Part shown: positions 1 through 8,102 of the stretch, piece after piece | Layout of the letters: each line of letters opens with the position of its first letter | Position numbering within the stretch: position 1 is the first letter of the stretch | DNA from: Polyangiaceae bacterium | Lineage (GTDB): Bacteria; Myxococcota_A; Polyangia; Polyangiales; Polyangiaceae | Assembly (NCBI GenBank): GCA_035548415.1 | Contig: DASZTA010000046.1 | Location: 27,480 to 91,479 of the forward strand | Reading direction: 5' to 3' | Length of the DNA stretch: 64,000 bases | The notes under the pieces: model-generated | Told to the model about the DNA's origin: nothing | What the model saw: only the letters and a program-made list of their open reading frames with translations | The model's database searches: none | Made by a program: the position numbers and the translations under genes

Positions 1-330
1 CTGATAAATTCGCAACATTTGTATCTCCCTGCGGCTCCGTGAAACCAAAGCCACGCCCGCCGCCCCACCGCGTGCTTTCGCGTCGCGGGTCCAGGCTGAC
101 CGCGAGCGCCAGTGAACGGTCACCGGCGCGAAGCGCCGGCCGCGGCCTGGAGGCGCGACGCGAAAGCACGCACGCTCAAAAATCCAGGCCGCACCCCGCA
201 CCCCCACCCCGCTTCTCACGTACCCCTTCACCCCTTGTACTTTCCCCTGACGCGTCCCCCGACAAACCTGCACCTACCGCCGCCACAAAAGCCTTCTGCA
301 ATTCAAGCTGCGCCTTGGCAGCCCCCTCCC

Positions 331-1821
331 TCAATTGATCGGCACGACCGCGCACCCGCACTCGCCACAAAACTTCGTCTCGCCTCCGAACTGCGTGCCG
401 CAAACCGGACAAATCGTCTTCGTAATCGCCAGCGTCTGCCCCAGCGCCGGCGCGCGTGTGGCGACGTACGCGGCGGCGGGGATGAGCTCTTCGCCGTGCT
501 CGGGGCAACTGGTGGTGCCGGGGTTGAAACCGCGGCCGCACGTGGGGCAGACGGAGCCCCCGGGGCCGGCGCCGAGCAGGTTTTGCGGCACGAGACGGTT
601 GCCGTCGTTGGGGCAGAACTCGGCTTCGGGCGGGAACTCTTCGCGGCAGGTGGGGCACGCTTTCGGGCCAGCGCCGGGCGCGGCGCGCGGGCGCGAAGGC
701 GAGTCCGAGGGTGGCACGGACTCGGGCGCGGCGCGACGGCGCACCAGTAGGAAACCGAGCAGGCCGAGCACGAGCGCGGCGGCGCCGGCGATGGCGACGA
801 AGGTGCGCGTCTTCTCGGGCGACTCGTCGCGGGCGACAACCTCGCGCGCGCCCATCGACTCGGACGCGACGCGCAGCACGGCGGCGTCTTTGGATTCGCC
901 GCTCTCGTCGAGGCCGCGTGCCTGCAAGAGCGCGTCGTAGCGATCCTTCGAGGCAATCTCGACCTCCACCTGAACCGAACGATCGCCGAGCGTGACTTCG
1001 ATCTTGGCCTGAGATTCGCCAGCGCTCGGGTTGGCGGTGACCTTGCCGGGCGCGGTGACGCTCACCAAGTTGGCCCCGGAAATCACCCGCCAAATGGGCG
1101 TGACTGGTAGCGGGCAGCCATGCGCATCGACCACGCTGGTGCGAAATTCGAAGGACTCGCCGGGGCGCATCAGCTTGCGCGAGGGCCGCACTTCGAGCCG
1201 TTCGGGCAGGCCGGTGTTGTCGCAGTCGTGCGAGCGCGCAGCGGGCGCCGGCTTGGACGAAGCGGGTGCGGCGCTCGGCGTGGGTGCAGCATCACCCAAA
1301 CGGGTGATGAGCGAGTAGCTACGGGTGCGGCGCACGCTGGCGGTGCAGTTCTGCCCCTCGATCACGAACTGGTACTGGCCGGTCTCGTCGAAGTTGATGC
1401 GGCTGTCGGTGGCGCTGATGGTCGTGACCAGCTTGGCCTGACGCGGGTCGCCGGCGGCCGTCTTGCACACGTTTTGAAAGCTGCGCGCGGACGCGCTGTG
1501 GCTGATGCGCTGGATGCCGGGGTAGCGCTCCCAGCACTCACCGGTGCTGTAAGTGCGACCGGTGCCGACGATGGAGAGCTCGCTGCCGTTCTGCGAAATC
1601 GTGACGGTGCCGCCGCCTTCTCCGCCGCCGCTGGGAGCCGGCCCGCAAGCCTTACCCCAATCTCCTAGCTGCCAAGAAACGGAAAGCGGGCTTGCCGACC
1701 ATGTACCGGCGAGCGTGGGCGCGTCCGCACGCGCTCGGCCGCACAAAAACATCAAAGCGCACGCACTCAGCAGCGAGGACCAGAGCCGTGAAAATCGCCA
1801 GAGAGGCTGGAAAGCACGCAT
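331..1821 (-). CDS. Single-pass membrane protein: signal peptide, exported domain, TM helix, three C-terminal zinc-ribbon repeats
   Basis: ORF 331-1914; ATG at 1821 (MRAFQPL...) precedes a hydrophobic signal ending ARA-D. TM segment FVAIAGAAALVLGLLGFLLVRRR. Three CxxC-x10-CxxxG/CxxC units (CPTC..CPNDG, CPTC..CPEHG, CPVC..CGECG). Start codon uncertain. Confidence 0.8.
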   Translation of the reverse strand: MRAFQPLWRFSRLWSSLLSACALMFLCGRARADAPTLAGTWSASPLSVSWQLGDWGKACGPAPSGGGEGGGTVTISQNGSELSIVGTGRTYSTGECWERYPGIQRISHSASARSFQNVCKTAAGDPRQAKLVTTISATDSRINFDETGQYQFVIEGQNCTASVRRTRSYSLITRLGDAAPTPSAAPASSKPAPAARSHDCDNTGLPERLEVRPSRKLMRPGESFEFRTSVVDAHGCPLPVTPIWRVISGANLVSVTAPGKVTANPSAGESQAKIEVTLGDRSVQVEVEIASKDRYDALLQARGLDESGESKDAAVLRVASESMGAREVVARDESPEKTRTFVAIAGAAALVLGLLGFLLVRRRAAPESVPPSDSPSRPRAAPGAGPKACPTCREEFPPEAEFCPNDGNRLVPQNLLGAGPGGSVCPTCGRGFNPGTTSCPEHGEELIPAAAYVATRAPALGQTLAITKTICPVCGTQFGGETKFCGECGCAVVPIN

Positions 1822-1984
1822 TGGAGAAAGACAAGGAGCTGGGGCAGAGCCCCAGCGACCACGGGACCGCAGCCTACGTTGACATGCCAATTTTGGCGAT
1901 GCTAGCGTGCGCAAACGCTGGATTTGCCAGCTTTTACGCGGCCTCCGCGCTCATCTGACGAACCTGACCATGGAGACGACCAGG

Positions 1985-4033
1985 ATGCTGAAGGCGTTCC
2001 AAAGCTGGGGAGCGAAGACCAGCCAAACGGCAATCATGCTTTCCATCTTGGGGGCGCCGGCGTTGGCCTCCGCGCAAGCCGTAGAGCAGCGCGCCAGTGG
2101 CAACGGTGACGGTATGGACACGCACCTGTTCCGTCCCGCCGTCGATTCGAAGGGCTTCTTCTCGGTCAACGGCTCCGACATCTTGGGCGCGAAGAACATC
2201 AGCTTCGGCTTGGTGCTCGACTACGGCCGCAACCTGATGCGAACCCGGGTCGATCGTGTGCCCAACGATTCGAAGCCCGAATCAGCAGATGAGCCGGCGT
2301 GTAAGACCGAAAAGTGCGTCGTGGCTGCGGGAGACGACGGCTCCGGCGTGCCGGCGCTGGTCCCGAACTCGATTCAGGGTACGTTTGGCTTCAACTACGG
2401 CATCGCCAACATGGGCGTGGTCGGGCTGTCGATCCCGGTGGTGTTGATGACCGGTGACGCGGCGTACGGCATCGGTCCTTCGGGCCAGACGTATAATTCT
2501 GCGCCGCTGGACGCGCAAAAAATCTCGTCCCTCGCGCTGCACGGCAAGTTCCGCATCACGCGCGTCGATCGCCAGGTGGGTCTCGCCGCCGTGCTGCAAG
2601 CTGGCATTCCGATCTCCAGCGCTCCCAAAGATCTCGGCGCCGATCCGGGCTTCTGGTTTTGGCCACAGATCGTGGTCGAGAATCAATTCGGCGCGACGCG
2701 CGCTTTCCACATCGGTTTCAACGCCGGTTACCGCGGCCACACCGGCAAGAATCCGACCTTCGGTTTCTCGCCGAACACGAACCTGTACCAGCTGAAGGAA
2801 GGCAACTTCGAAGCCTCGAACCTCGGCACCTTCAGCTTGGGTCTTTCGTACCGCGCGCTCGAAGCGCTCGACCTGGTTGCCGAAACCTACGGCACCTACC
2901 AGCTCGGCGGAAACTCGGACAGCAAGCAGAAGTGGTCCGAAGAGTTCGTCGGCGGCATCAAGCTGTTCGTCGAGCGCAACAGCTACTTGATGATGGGCGC
3001 CGGAAGTCGCGCCTTCAACACCGGCTTCGAAGCCGCCGACGTGCGCTTGATCTTGGGCTTCGTGTTCGAGCCGTCGATCGGCGACCGCGACGGCGACGGT
3101 TACAAAGACGATCAGGATCAGTGCCCCGACGATCCTGAGGACTTCGACGGCTTTCAAGACGGCGACGGTTGTCCGGATCCGGACAACGACAACGACGGCA
3201 TCTTGGACGTCGATGATCGCTGCCCGAACATCGCGGAAGATCGCGACGGCGACCACGACGAAGACGGCTGCCCCGAGTCGGATCGCATCGGCGATCGCGA
3301 CGGCGACGGCATTCCGGACAACAAGGACAAGTGCCCCGACGATCCGGAAGACAAGGACGGCTTCGAAGACCTGGACGGCTGCCCCGAGTACGACAACGAC
3401 AAAGACGGCATTCCCGACAAGGAAGACCAGTGCCCGGACGACGCCGAGGACAAGGACAAGTTCGAGGACGAGGACGGCTGCCCCGATCCTGACAACGACA
3501 AGGATCAGATTCCGGACGTGAAGGACAAGTGCCCGAACGACCCGGAGACCTACAACGGCTTCCAAGACGAAGACGGCTGCCCCGACAAGGGCAAGGTCAT
3601 CATCGAGGGTAGCGACATCGTGATCCTCGAGAAGGTGCAGTTCGAGACGAACAGCGCCAAGATCCTGCCGAAGTCGAACGAGATTCTGGACGCCGTCGCC
3701 GCCACCATGAAGGGCCACCCGGAGTTCTTGGTGATGGAGATCGCCGGTCACGCCGACGAGCGCTCCGACGACCAGCACAACTTGATGCTGACCAAGGCGC
3801 GCGCGCAAAGCGTGATGGAAGCGATGCTCAAGCGCGGCGTCGCCGCCAAGCGCCTGGTCTCGCAGGGCTACGGTGAATATTGCCCGCTCGACGCCGCCTC
3901 CAACCCGGCCGCCTGGGAAAAGAACCGCCGCGTCGAGTTCAAGATCGTGAAGACGGAAGAGGGCAACACCGGCGTGGCCCGCGGCTGCGAAACCGCGCGC
4001 AACAAGGGTGTGATTCCGCCCGTCGTCCCGTAA
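1985..4033 (+). CDS. OmpA-family outer membrane protein with N-terminal beta-barrel-like region and thrombospondin type-3 repeats (TraB-like architecture)
   Basis: Signal peptide ending ALASA-Q; GGAG about 10 nt before ATG 1985 (alternative ATG 1970); five D-rich repeats; C-terminal OmpA peptidoglycan-binding motifs (IAGHADERS..NLMLTKARA, NRRVEF). Confidence 0.9.
   Translation: MLKAFQSWGAKTSQTAIMLSILGAPALASAQAVEQRASGNGDGMDTHLFRPAVDSKGFFSVNGSDILGAKNISFGLVLDYGRNLMRTRVDRVPNDSKPESADEPACKTEKCVVAAGDDGSGVPALVPNSIQGTFGFNYGIANMGVVGLSIPVVLMTGDAAYGIGPSGQTYNSAPLDAQKISSLALHGKFRITRVDRQVGLAAVLQAGIPISSAPKDLGADPGFWFWPQIVVENQFGATRAFHIGFNAGYRGHTGKNPTFGFSPNTNLYQLKEGNFEASNLGTFSLGLSYRALEALDLVAETYGTYQLGGNSDSKQKWSEEFVGGIKLFVERNSYLMMGAGSRAFNTGFEAADVRLILGFVFEPSIGDRDGDGYKDDQDQCPDDPEDFDGFQDGDGCPDPDNDNDGILDVDDRCPNIAEDRDGDHDEDGCPESDRIGDRDGDGIPDNKDKCPDDPEDKDGFEDLDGCPEYDNDKDGIPDKEDQCPDDAEDKDKFEDEDGCPDPDNDKDQIPDVKDKCPNDPETYNGFQDEDGCPDKGKVIIEGSDIVILEKVQFETNSAKILPKSNEILDAVAATMKGHPEFLVMEIAGHADERSDDQHNLMLTKARAQSVMEAMLKRGVAAKRLVSQGYGEYCPLDAASNPAAWEKNRRVEFKIVKTEEGNTGVARGCETARNKGVIPPVVP
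3083..3589 (+). repeat. Five tandem approx. 33-aa TSP3-like Ca-binding repeats (coding)
   Basis: Units of type DxDxDGIxDxxDxCPxxPEDxDGFxDxDGCP read directly from the translation. Confidence 0.9.
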
Positions 4034-4054
4034 GCGCGCGCGAGCCCTCGTACC

Positions 4055-4097
4055 CGGTCGACAGATGTAAGTCGACTTACATCTGTCGGCCGTTTGC
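4055..4097 (+). terminator. Perfect 30-bp palindrome (4059-4088) followed by TTTG, probable terminator of the OmpA gene
   Basis: CGACAGATGTAAGTC-GACTTACATCTGTCG is its own reverse complement, extends with CGGT/GCCG, and lies 25 nt after the TAA stop. The U-tract is short. Confidence 0.6.
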
Positions 4098-4155
4098 TAC
4101 CCGCCGTGTTGCTGAAATGACGCAACTTGGGCTGGTGCGCGCCCGAAGGGAGGGC

Positions 4156-4491
4156 ATGAAGAAGCTCGGGGTTGGTGAGCTGAATTTGAAAGCCATCGTA
4201 GCGGTGCGCCCGCTCGTCGAGGGGCTTCGCCGGCGCGATCGCCGGGTCTGCGAACAGTTGCTGCGGGCGCTGACGAGCTCGGCGCTGTACATAGGGAGAG
4301 CCGACTACCAGGATCCGAGAGGCCGGCGCCGACATCTGCTGCACGCCGTTGCGAGCACGGGAGAAGCGCGGGCGCTGCTCAAGATGTTCGTAGAGTGGGG
4401 CTATTGTGCCCCGAGTCGCACGGTGGCTGCCGAGCGCCTGCTGGACCAAACGCTGAGCATGCTGTCGGCTGAGCTCAGTTATTGGGGCTGA
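4156..4491 (+). CDS. Divergent four-helix-bundle protein (23S rRNA IVS protein / Avd-like superfamily)
   Basis: GGGAGGG RBS before ATG 4156; pattern VRPLVEGLRRRDRRVCEQLLRALTSSALYIG...STGEARALLKMFVEWGY...LLDQTLSML resembles four helix bundle proteins (recognised by eye). Confidence 0.65.
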   Translation: MKKLGVGELNLKAIVAVRPLVEGLRRRDRRVCEQLLRALTSSALYIGRADYQDPRGRRRHLLHAVASTGEARALLKMFVEWGYCAPSRTVAAERLLDQTLSMLSAELSYWG

Positions 4492-4545
4492 CGCCGCGGA
4501 GGAAGGCGACGTAGCGCTGGGTGACGGCGGGCATGGCCCTCACGG

Positions 4546-6261
4546 TCACTCCACGTGGTGCGCGGCGGCTTGGGCTGTTTGATGGCTCGCGGTGCTCTCG
4601 AGCACCACGACCAGCATGGTGAGCGTGCCCCACGCGGCATCGGGATAGCGATGATGAGCGGCGGAGATCGCGAGCTTCACTCGTGGGCGGAGTAGCGCTT
4701 CGGGCACGGTGACGTGATCGACGTCCGTCGCTTCGATGTAGAAGCCCTCGACGCCGTGTTGCTCGCGCTCGACGACCTGGTGCAGCGCGGTGTTCAAGGC
4801 GCCCTCGGGGTCGTGCGTGGTCTTGACGCTCTTGACGGCCTTATTCAGGTCGGCGTCCGCGACGACTTGCACGGCCGGGAGCCCGAGGCCACGGCGGCGT
4901 TCGTTCAGCTGGCTCAAGAAGCGCTGCACGTCTTTTTCGTGGTCGTCCGAGCCGTAGAACTGATAGGTGCTGACGAGCGCGCCGATTGTGGCCGTCTTCG
5001 GTTGCACGGTGGGACCGATCGCGATGGCACGAGCCTGCGGATCGAGCAGCACGCGGCGAGCCGACGGTTGCTCCAGCATGAAGCCGAGCCAGCGACGTGG
5101 ATCCAGCGAGCCGGAGAGCTGATTGCTGTAGAAGTTGCCGTTGCGGATGGTGCCGCCCTGGATGTCCCAGCCCGCCATCAAGCCGAGCGCGATCACGTCG
5201 GCCCGATCGGCGTCGCCTTCGCCGCCAAAGTAGTGGCTGGCCAGGCGCGCGCTGGTTTCGCTCTGGCGAGGCGCCAGCTGGAGCGCCGGCAACTGAGCCT
5301 GCGCGCGACGCTCGTTCACGAGCGACAGCAGGCGCTGTGCAAACTGAGTGTTGTTGCTCACCGTCTCGGGCGGCAAGCTCTTGGTCGGGGCGCTGAAGCT
5401 GAGCGCGGCGCTTGGTCGGCGGATGAGCACGCGTCCGAAGCCGTGTGCGAGCACGCGGCCCGGCGGCAGCGTCTCGAGGTCGACCCACGCGGCACTGTCG
5501 GCGGCGTCCAGTTGGCAGGTGATGCGGAAGCGCGGCGGAGCCACGCGCGGGTCCGAATAGCAGTCGCGCTCGCCGTTTGGTCCCACGGTGTTGAGTCCGA
5601 AAATGAAGGCGGCCGGTGAGTGGATGGTGCCGCTGAGCACGACCTCGCCGGCGTCGTTGGCGACGGGGCTGCGCGACTCCCATTCGACGTCGCTCTGGCC
5701 CATGGTGGCGGCAAATACGCTGGTCTTGCCGTCCGAAAGCTCGGCCGCGCCCACTTGCCGCGCGCTCGGCGGCAGCCACTGGCCGAGCTGCTTGGCGATG
5801 ACGTCGTGCCACTCCGCCTGGCGGCTCGCGACGCTGGTGGTCGGCTCGGCCCAGACCATGGCGCCGAACGTTGCCTGAGTGGAGCCGCACACGCCGGCCA
5901 TGTACGCCTGCAGTTGTTGATCTGGAAACGCGCCATGTTGCGCGTAGAAACGTCCGATCTCGCGCGCGGCGCAGCTGAGCTCGGCATCGAGCTGCGCGCC
6001 GCCTTTGCCGCGCGCCACTTTTTGCGCGAGCGCTTCGGCCTCCGTGCTGGGAGTTGCCTCGCCGGGTTGCCACTCGTCGACCGCGACCGTCTTGCGATCT
6101 TCGCCTTGCGCGGGGGCGGCCGGGCTGTTCGCGAGATCCGCTAGGCTGGCCTGGCTCGGAAACTCGGGACCGCCACCGTGAGCCGCTCCGCCGCTCGCTC
6201 CGCAGCCCACCGCACACACCGAGACCACCGCCGCTACCGCACTCAGATACGTTTCTCTCAT
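4546..6261 (-). CDS. Lipoprotein with CAP/SCP-like domains
   Basis: Lipobox AVGC at residue 17; CAP-like helices LLSLVNERRAQAQLPAL and FLSQLNERRRGLGLPAV. Confidence 0.75.
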   Translation of the reverse strand: MRETYLSAVAAVVSVCAVGCGASGGAAHGGGPEFPSQASLADLANSPAAPAQGEDRKTVAVDEWQPGEATPSTEAEALAQKVARGKGGAQLDAELSCAAREIGRFYAQHGAFPDQQLQAYMAGVCGSTQATFGAMVWAEPTTSVASRQAEWHDVIAKQLGQWLPPSARQVGAAELSDGKTSVFAATMGQSDVEWESRSPVANDAGEVVLSGTIHSPAAFIFGLNTVGPNGERDCYSDPRVAPPRFRITCQLDAADSAAWVDLETLPPGRVLAHGFGRVLIRRPSAALSFSAPTKSLPPETVSNNTQFAQRLLSLVNERRAQAQLPALQLAPRQSETSARLASHYFGGEGDADRADVIALGLMAGWDIQGGTIRNGNFYSNQLSGSLDPRRWLGFMLEQPSARRVLLDPQARAIAIGPTVQPKTATIGALVSTYQFYGSDDHEKDVQRFLSQLNERRRGLGLPAVQVVADADLNKAVKSVKTTHDPEGALNTALHQVVEREQHGVEGFYIEATDVDHVTVPEALLRPRVKLAISAAHHRYPDAAWGTLTMLVVVLESTASHQTAQAAAHHVE

Positions 6262-6276
6262 GGTACCCACCCACCT

Positions 6277-6303
6277 GTTGTCGCGAAAAAGTTGTCGCGA
6301 AAA
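6277..6303. promoter_or_regulatory. Tandem 13-bp direct repeat GTTGTCGCGAAAA x2 upstream of the CAP lipoprotein gene
   Basis: Identical copies at 6277-6289 and 6291-6303, 16-42 nt upstream of ATG 6261. Confidence 0.45.
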
Positions 6304-6354
6304 GACCGAGTGGAAATTACGTCGTGGGGCGGCCGGGACGCAAGAGCGCGGTCT

Positions 6355-6669
6355 CTAGCGTAGGGCTTCGCCCGCTCGGGGCGCGTCGTCGAGGTGCTCG
6401 CCTTCGAAGCGAAAGCCGACCGCCGGCACACGGAAGCAGAGCGGCACCGCGTCGCCCGCAATGGCTCGGGCGGCGCGGGACACGACCGAGCCGGTAAGCG
6501 GCTCACAGCCGTCGAGCGGGATGCCCAGCTCGATCTCCTGGCGGGAGGTAAGCCGGCGTGCCGGGACGGGCGAGAGCGCGCGGTCTTGCGGGACGGAGTA
6601 CGCCAGGAATTCTCGATAGTTGGGCCAGCATTCAGCGGAGCTGATCGGCGTTGGCGCGCGCGCGGCCAT
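6355..6669 (-). CDS. Small hypothetical protein (104 aa) downstream of tyrS
   Basis: ATG 14 nt after the tyrS stop with GAAGGA upstream; codons mostly G/C-ending as in neighbouring real genes. Confidence 0.55.
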   Translation of the reverse strand: MAARAPTPISSAECWPNYREFLAYSVPQDRALSPVPARRLTSRQEIELGIPLDGCEPLTGSVVSRAARAIAGDAVPLCFRVPAVGFRFEGEHLDDAPRAGEALR

Positions 6670-6683
6670 TGGCAGCGCTTCCT

Positions 6684-7955
6684 TCAGCTGAAGCGCGCTA
6701 CGTGCCAGATCTTTTTGCCGCGACGGATCAGCAGCACTTCACCGTGCAGCAGCCAATCCGGCTGGATGTGCTCTTCGGGGCCGGGGCTGCGACCGTTCAT
6801 CAAAATGGCGCCGTTGCCCAAGAATTCGCGGGCTTCGCGCTTGCTCTTCACGACAGCGGCATCGACCAACAAATCGACCACTTGATAGCCGGCGCCCGAC
6901 AGCTTGTCTTTGGCGAGGCTGGCGGTGGGCGCGTTACCGAACAAATCCGCGATGGCGCTTGGGGACAGCTCAGCGACGTTGCCCGAGAAGAGCGCTTCGG
7001 TCGTCTTTTGAGCTTGGGCGAGGCCTTCGGCCCCGTGCACCAGCTCGGTCATGTGCTGGGCGAGCGCCTTGTGGGCCGCGCGCGCGCCGGGATTGCTGGC
7101 GTGCTCGCCTTCGAGCTTCAGGATCTCTTCGTGGGAAAAGAAGGTGAAGGTGCGCAGGAACTTGGGGATGTCGGCGTCGGCCGCGTTTACCCAGAATTGG
7201 TAAAAGGCGTAAGGCGACGTGCGCTCGGGCGTGAGCCAGACGGCGCCGCTCTCCGTCTTGCCGAATTTGCCGCCGTCCGCCTTGGTGATCAGCGGCACGG
7301 TGAGGCCAAAGGCTTCGCGCTGCTGCGTGCGCCGGATCAAGTCGATGCCGGCGACGACGTTGCCCCATTGATCGGAGCCGGCCGCCTGCACGGTGACGCC
7401 GTGATGCTGCAGCAGGTACGAGAAATCGTAGGCTTGCAGCAGCATGTACGAAAATTCGGTGTAGCTGATACCTTGGTCGCGGTTGTTCAGGCGCTCGCGC
7501 ACGCTGTCCTTCTGGATCATCATGTTGACCGAGAAGTGCTTGCCGATATCGCGCAACGCCTCGATGAAACCGAGCTTGCCCAGCCACTCGTAGTTGTCGA
7601 CGAGAATCGCGGCGTTCGGGCCCTCGAAGCTGAGCAGCCGTTCGTAGATGCGTCGCTGGGCGGCCACGTTGGCGTCGACCTGCTCCGGCGTCTGGATCTG
7701 CCGTTCGGCTTCTTTGCCGGAAGGGTCGCCGATGCGGCCCGTGCCGCCGCCCATCACCACGACCGGCGTGTGACCGGCCTGCTGAAAGCGCCGCAAGAGT
7801 AGCAGCGGTACCAGATTGCCGATGGTGAGCGAGTCGCGAGTCGGATCGAAGCCGCAATAGACCTTGCGCGATGCGGTGAGGTGCTCACGGAGGCCTTCGG
7901 CGTTCGTCTGCTGGTACAGCTGGCCGCGAAACTCGAGATCAGCGAGGAGGTCCAT
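6684..7955 (-). CDS. tyrS: Tyrosine--tRNA ligase
   Basis: YCGFDPT motif, HIGH-equivalent TIGN, SYMLLQAYDF, GSDQWGN, KMSKS-equivalent KFGKT, C-terminal S4 domain (RRGKK). Confidence 0.98.
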   Translation of the reverse strand: MDLLADLEFRGQLYQQTNAEGLREHLTASRKVYCGFDPTRDSLTIGNLVPLLLLRRFQQAGHTPVVVMGGGTGRIGDPSGKEAERQIQTPEQVDANVAAQRRIYERLLSFEGPNAAILVDNYEWLGKLGFIEALRDIGKHFSVNMMIQKDSVRERLNNRDQGISYTEFSYMLLQAYDFSYLLQHHGVTVQAAGSDQWGNVVAGIDLIRRTQQREAFGLTVPLITKADGGKFGKTESGAVWLTPERTSPYAFYQFWVNAADADIPKFLRTFTFFSHEEILKLEGEHASNPGARAAHKALAQHMTELVHGAEGLAQAQKTTEALFSGNVAELSPSAIADLFGNAPTASLAKDKLSGAGYQVVDLLVDAAVVKSKREAREFLGNGAILMNGRSPGPEEHIQPDWLLHGEVLLIRRGKKIWHVARFS

Positions 7956-8102
7956 CGGGGGCCGGCAGCGTAGTGCAACGCATGTGATCTGCGGTCAACA
8001 ATCGCTGCGCGGCATGCGGTGCCCTAGCATCCTTTCCCTCGGGCCTCCCGCCCCAGGCCCCAATTGCTTCGCTGCTACTGCAGCGCGCAACCGCAGGCAT
8101 CT

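Noticed and set aside
4156-4491. Four-helix-bundle gene as evidence for a diversity-generating retroelement or rRNA intervening sequence
   Set aside because: No RT gene, no TR/VR pair differing at adenines and no rRNA sequence in the window.
7956-8102. T-box leader upstream of tyrS (also checked upstream of proS)
   Set aside because: No T-box consensus (AAGGTGGTACC-like) or specifier stem, and the intergenic space is too short.
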